A stretch of 63,314 nucleotides of DNA, filler included, from Octopus bimaculoides (Eukaryota), in NCBI RefSeq assembly GCF_001194135.2. It is 6 parts of 6 records of this genome, joined end to end, with 100 filler letters (N's around TTAATTAATTAA, not from the genome) between each part and the next. Parts side by side here need not be neighbours in the genome. Positions count along the whole stretch, not along the records: positions 1 to 5,978 come from NC_068987.1; positions 6,079 to 16,383 come from NC_068984.1; 4 more parts are not named here. One strand, written 5' to 3'. The translations under genes and the position numbers were made by a program. Positions 1 through 12,934 of the stretch are shown one piece after another. Under the pieces are notes generated by a model. That model made no database searches, had not been told where the DNA came from, and worked only from the letters and a program-made list of their open reading frames with translations. Numbering within the stretch: position 1 is the first letter of the stretch; each line of letters opens with the position of its first letter.

Positions 1-77
1 ACACACACACACACACACACACACACACAACACACACACACACACACATATATATATATGAAATTTTGAATTTAGTT

Positions 78-152
78 CACGGACCCCGCAGTACTACCAT
101 TGCGGACCACCAGGGGTCCGCTGACCCCAGGCTGGGAATCACTGATCTAGAT
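78..152 (-). mobile_element. hAT/Charlie-like DNA transposon terminus (fragment)
   Basis: Minus strand starts CAGTGATTCCCAGCCTGGGG, resembling Charlie-type TIRs (CAGTGGTTCCCAAC). It is flanked by ATCTAGAT, matching the NTCTAGAN target preference. The other end is not visible. Confidence 0.5.
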
Positions 153-512
153 CATCTTGAATAGTCATTCAGTTGTTTTTGGCTATGGCTTCTTAAGAAC
201 TCCTTTCAGGTTATCAGGACCCTCTATGAGATAGCTATAAATTACTTCCATTAATCATCCCAGCACAACACAAAGAAACAGTTTTCATGCCCTTCAAATG
301 TGTTAAGGTACTCCATTAGTGCCATAGGGTTTTCTTTAAAAAAAAGACTGATCTAGATGACTTCGGCACTACGTAAGCGCCCTTTGTCATCCATTATTAT
401 TTTATTATCCTGCAAAGCATGTCATCCTGTATTCATTTCTCTAAAAATTCTTTCAAACTATTTCTAACCCGTTGTCTTATTTGTTTCAGTCATTGGGTTG
501 CGGCTATGCTGG

Positions 513-547
513 ACACACACACACACACACACACAGACACAGACACA

Positions 548-615
<68 letters not shown>
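513..615. repeat. (CA)n microsatellite running into an N gap
   Basis: Direct reading. Confidence 0.95.
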
Positions 616-959
616 NNNNNNNNNNNNNNNNNNNNNNNNNNNNNNNNNNNNNNNNNNNNNNNNNNNNNNNNNNNNNNNNNNNNNNNNNNNNNNNNNNNNN
701 NNNNNNNNNNNNNNNNNNNNNNNNNNNNNNNNNNNNNNNNNNNNNNNNNNNNNNNNNNNNNNNNNNNNNNNNNNNNNNNNNNNNNNNNNNNNNNNNNNNN
801 NNNNNNNNNNNNNNNNNNNNNNNNNNNNNNNNNNNNNNNNNNNNNNNNNNNNNNNNNNNNNNNNNNNNNNNNNNNNNNNNNNNNNNNNNNNNNNNNNNNN
901 NNNNNNNNNNAAAAAAAAAAAAAAAAAAAAAAAAAAAACTTAAAAAGTTGATATTAAAG

Positions 960-1190
960 CAGTGGTACCTATGAAATTCACCACCTACCTTCTAATAGTG
1001 GTACCTATCGAATGTATCATCTGCCTCTTTCAGTACTACCTACTAAATCTACCACATTCCTTCTCATAGTGGTACCCATCAAATCTACCATTCCCCTCTT
1101 GTAGTGGTACCAATCAAATTCACTACCTCTTCTTGCAGGGGCACTTGCTAAATCCTCCATCTCCCTTCTTTACGGTGGTGTCTAGAAAAT
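960..1190. repeat. Degenerate ~35-36 bp minisatellite (about 6-7 units, core AGTGGTACC..AAAT)
   Basis: Recurrent agtggtacc-type core at ~35 bp spacing. Confidence 0.7.
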
Positions 1191-3064
1191 CCTCCAGATT
1201 GACACTGTTCGTTTGAACAGCCGAAAGTCGATGTCTGCGTTTCAATACATGGATACAAAGTGAATTTCAGAGACCTGGCGTTCTGAATGAAGAATTGGAG
1301 ACACAAACTCTTCAGTCTTGCCAAAAGATAAAATGCAATATAAGGACACTTAAACCTGAAAAAAAAAAAGGAATGGTCACGGTTGGAATGATTTACTTGC
1401 AACTAACCACCACCACCACCACCACAACCACCACCGACAACAACAACAACAACAACAACAAAAACAGTAAAAGCAGAAGCAATAACAACAACAAAGGCAG
1501 ACATGGTTTTATGGTTAAAAGGTTAGTTTCGCAATTTACGTGCTTGAGTTCGAACCCACTGTGCATTGGGTTTGAATACTCGTTCGTATTCTATCATAGC
1601 CCTGAGCCAACCAAAGTCTTGTGAGTGAAAACCCATGGAAGCCTGTGCGGAGTTTGGCGGTGGAAACATAGAATGGGCGACAAGAGGAAGAGAGGTGTGA
1701 TGGAAAGTGAGTATGCAACAAGCTAGCTTTTGAGGACCATAGGCAGTTGTAGTAGCGGTAGAAGACTGGAGCTACAGCATTTCTGTAGGATATAACATGC
1801 TGGTAAGTGACTTTTGCCAAATCAGCTGGATGGTAGGTCAATAGCCAGCCTAGCCAACTTGAATTACATTGCGGGCCACTTTAATCACAGAAAGTTTTTT
1901 GAGGGCCGCTTGTATACTGACAGAATTGAAAGCATTTTACTTTCTCATACTATTATTACAATAATGAATGAATGATTGTTGATTTAACATGAAATATTAT
2001 CGGTGCAAGAACAGTAGTATCTTTCTTTTTTAATTTTCATTACAATCTTTAATTTTTGATGAAATTAAAAACAAAAAATGTTTGTGTAAATAAACTCATT
2101 TCAAGNNNNNNNNNNCAGTGAAATCGGACAATTTTTTTGAAAACTCACTTTTATTTATGTTTATCATGTTTAATAAGTGTTAAAAGTGAATAAATTTTTA
2201 ATTTTGTTGATAATTTTGTAATTTTTATGAATTTTTTATAATTTTATTTTCATTCTCGTTCAATCCGGCTGATGTCTTGCAAACAACTCGCACATGCAAG
2301 TGTTACCAGTCGAGAACTTCGCATACCGGAAGCCAGCAAGTGTATAGGGTCATAAGGAGAGAATGCGCGCCGTTTCGGGGCCTACCTCTCGACGGCATCA
2401 ATGCGCATCGGTCTCCCTCACTGATATGAGGCCCCGCTTACTAGATCAACTGGTTATTAAAAAACAAAGCTCAATATTCTTCTAGCCATCGCTCATCGTC
2501 TCTTTTTAACCAAATCCAGTGGCTAGCCTTCTCCACTGTATTTTGGATATCACTCATGGCGGTATTTACCTTACGATGAGTTAGGCCTAACGATAACAGC
2601 AGTCGTCTCGCTTATCTGTCTAGATATCTTTCTTTCAATTTGGCTGCAATAATTTTCTCTACCTCCACCCCCAAGATGGACCAATAGTTTTAGCTGAACT
2701 TAAAGAACGCATTCAATTAGTAGTGTAGGAGATAACACCTGAAATGCTTCAAAATGTGTTTTGCAACGCTAAGGATAAATTTGAAATTTGCAGGGATACA
2801 GACAAAGCACGTATTGAAGATTTTCTGTAAAATTTTGACGTAAGATTTATAAATCTATTTGTTTTGGTATCATAATTAAGTTATAAACGTAAATTTCTGT
2901 CAGTTGTTTTAAAATCTGCCCGATTTCATTGAAATAAATCGATAATTCTTGTACACCCTATATATCAGACACGATAGAATCAATTATTTTTTCCCCCAAT
3001 CTCTATGAATTTCTGTCTTTCTGGTAATTTGTGAAACTATCAATTATCATTTTGACAGAATTGT

Positions 3065-3328
3065 TGAAGCGCCAGATAAAAATCCTTGAAGTAGTTGTTC
3101 CGGCTTTTTACGAGCTGAGTTCAAATCCCGCCAGGGTCCACTTTGCCTTCCACTATTTCGGGCTCAATAAAATAAAGAGCTAATCAACTACTGTGATTAT
3201 GTAAATCGACTACACACACTCCTCTCAAAATTGCTGGCCTTGTGCCTAAACTTGAAACAATTCTTCTTCTTCTTCTTCTTCTTCTTCTTCTTCTTCTTCT
3301 TCTTCTTCTTCTTCTTCTTCTTCTTCTT

Positions 3329-3358
<30 letters not shown>
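3065..3358 (+). mobile_element. SINE family B copy with (TTC)n tail
   Basis: Diverged match to the family-B body (gagttcaaat.ccgcc.aggtc.actttgcctt) seen many times in this window, followed by (TTC)n at 3261-3358. Confidence 0.75.
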
Positions 3359-3361
<3 letters not shown>

Positions 3362-4664
3362 ATATCGCAAACAGTCGATTTAAAGAATGGTTTCCTTAAC
3401 TGGTGGGAGGAATGGAAGACGTTGACCTGGGACTGGAGATTTGTCCCAAATATTTGCAACAGGATGGTCTCCGTTAAAGGAACAAGAGGAGGTGTGAACC
3501 TGACGTTGGATCAAGATGATGGATTTCCTACATCACTCATCGACTGTTACTGATCCATCAAATGTGCTCTATTGTTTTCGTCAACCAGATTTCATTCACG
3601 AAGCCTTGGTTGGTCCGTACAAGCAATGGAATAGAACCACATTATTGCCTGGCAATTTTTTTAAAAGTCCCACAGCTATGTCTGCGTTATTTTAAAGTGG
3701 GACTTGTCAACTTGATCGCAAAATGGCTCTACCAAGATTAGAAATCAATAAAACACAATAAAGCACAAGTTTTTTCGTTACTGCCTCATCAAAAAGAATC
3801 AACATCTTATCAACCCCAAAGGCGAGTGTCGAAGAATAAGAGGCGATTTTCTGGCTAGTCGAAGCCGCAATACCGTTTCAAGTTCTTAGATGTTGTTTGG
3901 CCTAGTTAAGCATTGACTACGCTTAGATTTGTTGAAATGCCCTCCAACCGCGACAATCATATCTTTTCTTCTCAGGAATAGTATATCCAGGATCATGACA
4001 GCCAATATGCCCTTCCTTTCAAGAGGATGTAATTTAAGGGAAATTTGGTTGCATTTTCTGGCAAATCGACTGACCACATTGAAGGTTTCTTATTGTTTGT
4101 TGAAGACGTTAGAGTGTTGAACACTGCCATGTTTAGTTACAACGCTTTACATTCTAACTTCAAATCTCATTGAAGTAATCTTTGCCTTTCATCTTTCCGA
4201 GATCAATAAAATAAAGAACCAGTCAAATACAGGATCGATTTCATATTCCTATAATCATCTTAGATCTGAATGAAATTATAACAACAAACGAAGAAGCCTC
4301 TCTTTCCCATTGAGAAAATAATGACAGTCTAAATGTTTCAGTTTTTCTTTTGTAAGGGAAACCAAAACTAATATTTTAATAGCTCTGTCTTGTAAAACTT
4401 TGTACGACAACAATGGTGGGTTTTCCGTCGGATTCGTCAAGTTTTTCGACCAAAGGATTTCCCAACTCGTGAAATTATCATCTAACGGGGCTGAGCATTT
4501 CACAGACACCTATTCCTTTAACACAATTCTCAGGCAGAACCAGTGTAACATGATGTGACAAAGCTAGACCTTCGAATTATAGAAACAATATTCACACACA
4601 CAAGCACTTACACCACAAGCCCNNNNNNNNNNNNNAGACACACATACACACACACACGAGCGCG

Positions 4665-4935
4665 CGCAGAGAGAGGGAGAGAGAGAGAGAGAAAGAGAAA
4701 GAAAGGGAGAGAGAGAAAGAGAGAGAGAGAAAGAGAGAGAGAGAAAGAGAAAGAAAGGGAGAGAGAAAGAGAGAGAAAGAGAGAGAAAGATAGAGAAAGA
4801 GAAAGAGAATGAAAGTGTTGAACTGGTACTTTATTTATCGACCCAAGAATGATGAAAAGCAAAGTCGATTGAAATTAGTGCGCAGAGAGCCAGAACAAAT
4901 ACCGCAAGAGGATCTATCCGACGCTCTAACGATTC
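4665..4935 (-). mobile_element. SINE family B fragment with adjacent GA-rich repeat
   Basis: aactggtactttatttatcgacccaagaatgatgaaaagcaaagtcga is the reverse complement of the family-B core; (GA)n-rich tract at 4665-4808. Confidence 0.65.
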
Positions 4936-5552
4936 TACCAATTCGCCACCTTTCAAAAATAACAAGAACAACAATTTCAATAACAAAAACAAAAAGAAAA
5001 AGAACGAAAAAAAAAATGAAGGAAGACTTCATTTTATCAGCTTAATTATCTTGATACGATGACGTTTTAACGTGGGAGTATCACAGCCTCTCTCACTTTT
5101 TCATATCCACTCCTGTTACTTATCCTTCTAAACCATCCCCTTACGTTCCATCATCTCTCTTCCGTAATCATCGAAGTCTTTCCATTCCTACGACTTTCTT
5201 TCCAATCAAATCTTAACATCCTTGATTCTTTCTAACAATTTCTTCCACTATCTCCTTTAACCACTCCATGTCTTATATACATTCTTCACTTCTCTTCCAT
5301 CGTATGTTCTTTTTCTGTTTTTTTCTTGTTTTTGTTTTTTACGTCAAGCTCTCATCTGTTTTCTCCTTTTTTTTTTCTCTCTCTCTCAATCTATCAATAT
5401 TACCTCAATTTTTACTTTTCCATTCCACATCATTATATATTTTTGTCGCTATCTTCTTTCGTGACATCACCGCCATTATTAAGCACCATCCCCAACCAAC
5501 AGACACCTACACAACTTATAGCTCCTCCTGCGATCATCACTATCATTAATTT

Positions 5553-5553
5553 G

Positions 5554-5614
<61 letters not shown>

Positions 5615-5630
5615 CACTACTACTACTACA
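5553..5630. repeat. (CTA)n microsatellite
   Basis: Direct reading. Confidence 0.95.
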
Positions 5631-6022
5631 CAATTATCACTAACATCCATCGTCACCACTGTTGCTGCTAATTATCAGCATTACCAACACGAACTCGACG
5701 ACGACGACGACGACGACGATGACCAGACCGCGACCAGGAGCAAGACCACGATCACGACTACCATCGTACTACAAAATGTCTGTACGTTACATTTCCATAA
5801 CAACTCACGAGTTGTAACTTCTCATCTTTAATACATATTCGATTTGTTTCGCTTTCGTTATTTTACCAATTTTCTTTGAAATGTCTTTCCTTTGAAATTT
5901 CTCTTTCATTGTTTTTTTATTATATAGTCTGCTCTATTTTATAAACAACTCCCAGTTATATATATGCATATATATATANNNNNNNNNNNNNNNNNNNNNN
6001 NNNNNNNNNNNNNNNNNNNNNN

Positions 6023-6034
6023 TTAATTAATTAA
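6023..6034. other. Assembly linker TTAATTAATTAA inside N runs (also 16428-16439, 41852-41863, 55593-55604, 58585-58596)
   Basis: Identical palindromic 12-mer giving stops in all six frames, always embedded in N padding; scaffolding artefact. Confidence 0.9.
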
Positions 6035-6078
6035 NNNNNNNNNNNNNNNNNNNNNNNNNNNNNNNNNNNNNNNNNNNN

Positions 6079-6121
<43 letters not shown>

Positions 6122-7968
6122 ATGTATGTATGTATGTATATATGCATGTATGTATAGAGAGATTAATAGAGAAAGAGAGAGAGTGATGGGATGAGAAAGA
6201 AAAGAGAAAAAAGGGAAAAGTAAACAGCCAAAATGGCAATGTTAGTAAAAACAACATTGGTTTGAGACAGTAAACATTAAAACTACGCATATCTACACGT
6301 GAGACTGTGTTGTTAATAATCGTTCTTAACTACGCACAATCTCTGTTGCTCCCATTCCTCACTCATACATATGTTCTCATACACATATTCAAATACAATG
6401 ACACGCGAACATATTCACATGTGTAGTCATAAAACACATTCTTAGATAAACAATACATATATACATAATGCACATGCATACATACATGCATGCATGCATG
6501 CATACATACATACATACATACAAACATACATACATACATACATTCTATATATTATTGTAGTAATGTAATCGTCTAAAAGTTAACGTTATTATTCAGTCTA
6601 AAGCAATGTTGTAATCATTTCTGGCATTATCACTGGTCTCCGAACGAATGTCACGCTCCATTTCGTAGCTCTTGCTAGATAGCGTAGATATCAGTGTTTT
6701 TATAGAACTAACCAAATATTTAGATTGACCAAGAGTTATCGGCCTCACTACACATGACCGTTTTTTTCTTCTCATTTGAAAACTTGTAAAAAGTAAGTCT
6801 GAGAAGGAGATTCTTCGCAACCGTCAGACTGTTCGAAACAGCCAACCATTTGTTTTTAAAAAATGAAGAGGTGGCTCATTGGATATTTTAGACCTAGATA
6901 CACCGTGTTTGGTAAAAGGTGAGATGTCAGGGTCAGAAGTCCTCGATCATAAATTTGCTCTATCAGAGTTAATCTTCAACTACACAAAAGCTATTTGAAG
7001 GAGCTTATGATCTGTTAGAACTAGTAGCCAAATGTCTCTCAAGTTACACCCTTCCATCTTCAGATATATATTCGATGCTATAATGCCAGGTACATGATGA
7101 CTGCATAGGAATGCAGTAGTCATTACTGAAAAACTGTTGATCATAGTTCAACTTATTCAAATGATGAGAAATTTGTTGTAAAACTGTTGACCATTTATGT
7201 CATCTCGATACTGAGATGCCGCCCTTGTGTATTTCCCTTGTATGTATTACATCCTTCTCACGGCAGGCATTCATAAATGTTATCATTTGAACAGTCCTGT
7301 ATACCATACAAGACTTTATCTGACATTAGTTCTGTGCACGCTTGACTCACAGTATTCTTATCTAGCTCGGAATTTGGTATATTCACTTGAGTTGTACGAA
7401 TATACTAGTAGAAATTTCACCCTTTCGAACAGAAGATATCCGATTTGAGCAAAGATGATGTTGATTTTACAGTTCGGCTTAGTCTTTCTTACTCACTCAG
7501 TAATCTTTTTTGTCACTAAGTTTTAACAATCAAATATAAGATATAGGAATGTGTTTAGATAACAAATTTGAATTGTCCGGCAAGAATACTTTCATTAACA
7601 ATACAATAAAGTCGCTTTCACGATGATCTGCTGTATCTTAACAAACTATATTACTTAAGTTACCGCTTTTTATCATCATTACCATCCCTTTGTGTAATCT
7701 GCAATGTACCAGTCAACTGCCAAATCTCTAAATCATGCAAACTTGCAATTTTCCATCCTCTCATTGAAAACGTCAAGAAAAGCTGAAAAATGCATCAATT
7801 AAATTATCTATGTATTTATCGCTACGTTCTGAGAGGCCGTTACTCGAAAATATGCAGACGTCTACGATTATTAATCGAAGAATATAGATAATCGTTACCT
7901 ATCTGTACGAGAACAAGAACAGATACAATAACAACAAGCAACGTCAACACACACATACTCTCTCTCTT

Positions 7969-8004
<36 letters not shown>

Positions 8005-8294
8005 CCTCTCTCTCTCTCTCTGATAGATAGATAGATATTACCGTCTTGGTTGATAAGTTCCTTTCTCTTAATTGTCAAAACATACACACTAATACAATCC
8101 GATAATTCTGAGAGCAGTGAAATTGCAGAAAGTTAGAATTGGTTCTTGTATTTACAGTACTGCAGTTAAGTTCGTACAAAGAAAATGATACATCACTATA
8201 GATATTTTAGGTTCAATAAGAAGACTTCTTGTGACGAAACTTTTTTGAAATTGCTCCATAAGTGTTATTTATTCTTTTATTCTTTTATATAAAA

Positions 8295-8917
8295 GGATGT
8301 TTTGGAAAGAGGTACGGAGGATAAGAGAGGTGGTCGGAGGAAAGGAAGAAAGGGTGAAGGACATAAGTGGAAATTTGTCGAAAGGAAGTGACGATGTACG
8401 AAGGAGATGAGCAGAGTATTTTAGTGAGCTGTTAAATGTGGAAGATGTTAGGTAGGCAAATGGGAGGAGAATGCCTGTTGTTGGGGAATGGAACTACGAT
8501 ACAATTGGAAGAGAGGAGGTGAGGGAATCCTTGCGGAAGATGGCAAACCAGAAGGCGCCAGGTATAGATGGGTGCACCGTGGAATACCTAAATAAAGGAG
8601 GAGTGAGAGTGGTTAAATGGTTAATGAGGCTTATGAATGTTTGTTATATGGACTGCTGCAGTGCCTTTATAGTGCCACTGTACAAAGGGAAATGGGATAA
8701 ATGTGAGTGTTGAAAGTCTGCTGTGTGGTTGTTAAACTGTGTGGGAGAATGCTGATTGTTAGGGTGAGGAACCAGACAGAGAGTGTACTAGGGGAGGAGC
8801 AGTACAGTTTTAGGAGTGGAAAGGGGTGTACAGTTCAAATATTTATAGTAAGACATGTGTGATAGGTTTTTTACAAAAGGCAGGGAAGTGTATGGACCTA
8901 GAGAAGGCATATGACCG
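8295..8917 (+). mobile_element. RTE-type non-LTR retrotransposon, decayed reverse transcriptase fragment
   Basis: Across frameshifts it reads KAPGIDG, IVPLYKGK, EEQYSFRSGRG and DLEKAYDR, which are canonical APE-LINE RT motifs. Confidence 0.9.
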
Positions 8918-10199
8918 ACTGCTTACATTTCTAAATGATGACATAATTTACACACTCAAGAATAGCACAAGTTTCACGTTCGGCCGCAGTCTTTTCTGTT
9001 GTATTCAGGACTTATGAAAAGAACGATGTAGATATCCCTCTTTGGCTTATCTCACTTCCTAAAGCATTTTTGTGCATCTGCTTCTTTCATGAGTGGAATA
9101 AATGTCACCAGTGCCACATGAAGATATTTCCGTTTTCATTCGGCCATTCCTTTCGGAAGCAAACATTTATTTTTATGAACATATGATTTGCTTTTACAAA
9201 CTGAAGTTTTCATATTAGTATTTCATGAGTATTTTTTGTCCTTGTTTTTTTCTATGCACAATATTTGAAAAGTCTCCTGTGGTGGCTTTGACTTGTATAT
9301 GTTTCTAAACATGTGTTCTTAATTTTAAATTCAAGAGTAAATAATTTTTCTGCCAAACATACATTTCGTCTGTTTAGTATTTGTTTTTAATTCCTCTTCG
9401 TTGTTATTGTGTTCGCCATGCATGTTACAAGGATCAGATGTTGTCGAAATACGAATATGTCTATTATACGTTTTATTCTTGAGAAAATTTGTTCACAAAA
9501 TATTCGGTTATGGTATTATAACATATAAAATTGAGCTCTTTGAACTAGTAGATTCTCCCACAAAGACTCAAGTGTAATTAAATAATAGCTGTCTTGGATT
9601 AAGTAGATTTTAATGATATTCTTTTTACATGACTCCTACAGATAAAAAGGAACGCGATTGTAAAGAAATATGTATTTAACTTTAATATTACTAAAAGAGA
9701 TTTATTTTCGACACTTATGACAATATATTATGCCTGGCACTTGCACTCGTTTGAGAACAAGTTTCAATATTTGGCAGAAGGAACTATTTATTACATTACA
9801 TTGAAGTTGAAATTAAAATGGGTGGCATTCTCCCACGTAAATTGTTGATGTGAAGCCAGTGAAATGATACTGTCTTCTAAAGAGATATATCTGGAAACCA
9901 GTATCAAATATTTGAAGTCCGAATCGATTAGAGATTTTGTTAAAATAGAGTTGATTTCGTATTTCATGATTGTATGACACTTCTAGGGAAAGATTGATGT
10001 AAGGATATTTTATATTGTTAATGGCCATTTAATTCTTAACTTCTTTCATCTTATCTTCTCTCTGTGGGCGATTGTGGAAATTGTATTTGGCTATGATATA
10101 CAAAGGAATAACTTAACCTAGTGAATCTGTTTATGCTGTTTATGACAGAATGAGCACACATACATATTTATATACGTAAATATGTGTGCATATGTATAG

Positions 10200-10312
10200 A
10201 CAGACAGACAGACAAATAAACAGACAAACAGACAGACATACATACATACATACAGATAGACAGACAGACAGACAGTCAGACAGACAAATAGCTAGCTAGC
10301 TAGCTAGCTAGC

Positions 10313-10372
<60 letters not shown>
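10200..10372. repeat. Compound (GACA)n/(TAGC)n/(GATA)n microsatellite
   Basis: Direct reading. Confidence 0.95.
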
Positions 10373-10769
10373 AGTTTGATTTCACGTTCTAAAATATAAG
10401 GTCAGGGGAAATTAATTAAGAATCAAATACCATAGTGTTTCCACGATACTATCTTAAAATGAAATAGCTGTTACGTCGCTATTTCATCTAGAGATAGCGT
10501 CGGCAATCTTAAGATTTTAAATTAATTATGAACACACAAATTTTTGTTTAGAAAGATCTTAAAAATGAAATTTAAAAAATGATTGAAAGTATTCTATCCT
10601 CATAGATATTTAATATTAAATACCTGAAAGAAAAATTGTTGACCTATGTGCAGAGAGCCTTTATCTCAGTATGTAGATATCACTGCTGATATTAAAACTA
10701 TTATATCTTTATGCATGTATTACTTCTAATGTTTTACCTTTTTTTAATATATAACAATTTTCTTTACAG

Positions 10770-11308
10770 GTGCTGTTTGTTTTGGTTACGATTTGCTTTC
10801 GATAGGAGCTCTCCGAGGTAACATGATCAATCAGTTCATAAGGATTCTTCTCCCGTATACTGGATATGGAGCTTTCGAAATCGTAGCACTTCCATATTGC
10901 CCACAGACGTTCAGCATTCCACTCACCCCAATACACTCAGAAACTAAACTGAATATAACTAACACTGCTAAAAACGTTTCTAATCTTGAAGCTGTTATCT
11001 CCAAAATATCTCAGACGATACAATCAAAGCTAGATTTAAATAATAGGAGTACTGATCATTTCAACGTTATTATATATTTCGATTCATCTGTAAATATTAT
11101 TACGCCTAATATCATTGAGGAAATCGGTAAATTGAGAAAACTTAATTGTAAAATATTTTTAGTCAATATTGGATATAATCTGATGCCACAACATCTCATA
11201 TTAAAATCTTTAAATTGTCATATACTTCAAGTCCCAACATACGAAGACATGTTAAACAAGGCCAGAAATACACCATTTTATTTTAGACCATTACTAAATC
11301 TATCTTAA
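10770..11308 (+). CDS. Terminal coding exon encoding a degenerate von Willebrand factor A-like domain (upstream exons not identified)
   Basis: Acceptor tttctttacAG at 10768-10769, phase-1 entry, open for ~178 codons to TAA. The protein follows the vWA fold pattern: AVCFGYDLLSIG (beta1), QFIRILL, NVIIYFDSS, KLRKLNCKIFLVNIG, HILQVPTYEDML. AATAAA overlaps the stop (11307-11312). Confidence 0.6.
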
Positions 11309-11356
11309 TAAATATTCATAATTGATAATAATGCTGTTAATATTTCATTGCTCATT

Positions 11357-11575
11357 AAGGCAGCGAACTGGCAGAATCGTTTGTATGCCGGGCAAAATGC
11401 TTAACGGTATTTCGTCCGTCTTACGTTCTGACTTCAAATTGCATCAAGGTCGACTTTACCTTTCATCCCTTCGAGGTCGATAAAATAAGTACCAATTGAG
11501 CACTTGGGTCGATATAATCGATTTACCCCCTCCACCAAAACTTGATGGCCTTGTGTCCCAATTTGAAATTAATAT
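11357..11575 (+). mobile_element. SINE family B (tRNA-like head, Meta-domain-like core)
   Basis: aaggcagcgaactggcagaatcgt...ggtcgactttacctttcatcccttcgaggtcgataaaataagtacc; the Meta-domain resemblance is from memory. Confidence 0.85.
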
Positions 11576-12433
11576 TTCATTTTTCACATACATACACCAC
11601 AAGTATACACGCACGCATATATTGTAATTAGACGTAACATAAACACTTAAGCTTTTAAGTACACATTATATTGTTACATAATTTGAAACAGAAGTAACTA
11701 ATGCTATGTTGACAAACGAATTACATGTACGTAGCTTGCATGACGACTTCGCTACTCATTACATCAAATAGGTTCTGCAAAATTTATGTCGAAATAATAC
11801 ATATAAATGTTTTCTTTATTAAATTATAATTATCACTTCCCTCTTAAATCATATGAAAGCCACAAATAACTTCAATTCAACTACCACCTCACTATTGTGC
11901 GATCTAAGGCAGTATTTCACTGAAATTTGTTGTTAATACCTTGAGACAATTCCGTGAATAGGAAAACTAAGTACTTATAACATAAATGGTTATTGCATGT
12001 GTGTGTGTGGGNNNNNNNNNNNNNNNNNNNNNNNNNNNNNNNNNNNNNNNNNNNNNNNNNNNNNNNNNNNNNNNNNNNNNNNNNNNNNNNNNNNNNNNNN
12101 NNNNNNNNNNNNNNNNNNNNNNNNNNNNNNNNNNNNNNNNNNNNNNNNNNNNNNNNNNNNNNNNNNNNNNNNNNNNNNNNNNNNNNNNNNNNNNNNNNNN
12201 NNNNNNNNNNNNNNNNNNNNNNNNNNNNNNNNNNNNNNNNNNNNNNNNNNNNNNNNNNNNNNNNNNNNNNNNNNNNNNNNNNNNNNNNNNNNNNNNNNNN
12301 NNNNNNNNNNNNNNNNNNNNNNNNNNNNNNNNNNNNNNNNNNNNNNNNNNNNNNNNNNNNNNNNNNNNNNNNNNNNNNNNNNNNNNNNNNNNNNNNNNNN
12401 NNNNNNNNNNNNNNNNNNNNNNNNNNNNNNNNN

Positions 12434-12465
<32 letters not shown>

Positions 12466-12883
12466 TACACAAACACACACACAGCATTAAACTGACTGTT
12501 TTAATATCATATACTGTTGACAGACACGATGCTCTAGTTTTTGTCAGAGGAAAATATTTTTCATCGACATGCTATATTAAAAACACAAATTTACATACGT
12601 ACCTGTGTGTGAGTGTGTGCGTGCGTGCGTATGTGGGTATGCTTGTGTGTATAATCATTATACGTTAAAGTAACTATTTATCATATTCTAGAGTTCAAAT
12701 AAGCAGTGTGTTTTATTCATCTAGTAAAACTTTATAGATTCCAATTTTGATGACAGAATTAGCAGAAAACATTTGCTATTAACTGCAAGCTACATGGTCG
12801 CGCGGCAAGTGGTAAACATGTGGTTCGGCTAACTTAGTGTTATTTTTTCTCTTATTTCCCGTCTAATGCTGTTCTAGAAAATG

Positions 12884-12934
<51 letters not shown>

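Noticed and set aside
419-974. Long ORFs of HT/TH/X/K runs (also 11917-12495, 21869-22384, 33705-34415, 40072-40894)
   Set aside because: They are open only because of microsatellites and N gaps. The 33513-34355 ORF is real only in its eIF3e part.
3886-4120. Short ORFs including IVAVGGHFN (APE endonuclease-like, or heparanase GG motif)
   Set aside because: It lacks GDFN and LRxGGT, and there are no supporting motifs around it.
6023-6034. TTAATTAATTAA recurring five times as a possible regulatory or structural repeat
   Set aside because: It is always padded by Ns and encodes six-frame stops, so it is a scaffolding linker.
7690-7790. Exon-shaped segment on the minus strand (tttttcAG ... G|GTAAAT)
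   Set aside because: The one open frame matches neither heparanase nor anything I recognise, and its phase does not fit the 16653 donor.
9642-10125. Possible second, decayed vWA exon (acceptor at 9641; IVFGYDI and DVRIFYIVNG fragments)
   Set aside because: There are several in-frame stops and the motif order does not fit a vWA domain; chance similarity in AT-rich DNA is likely.
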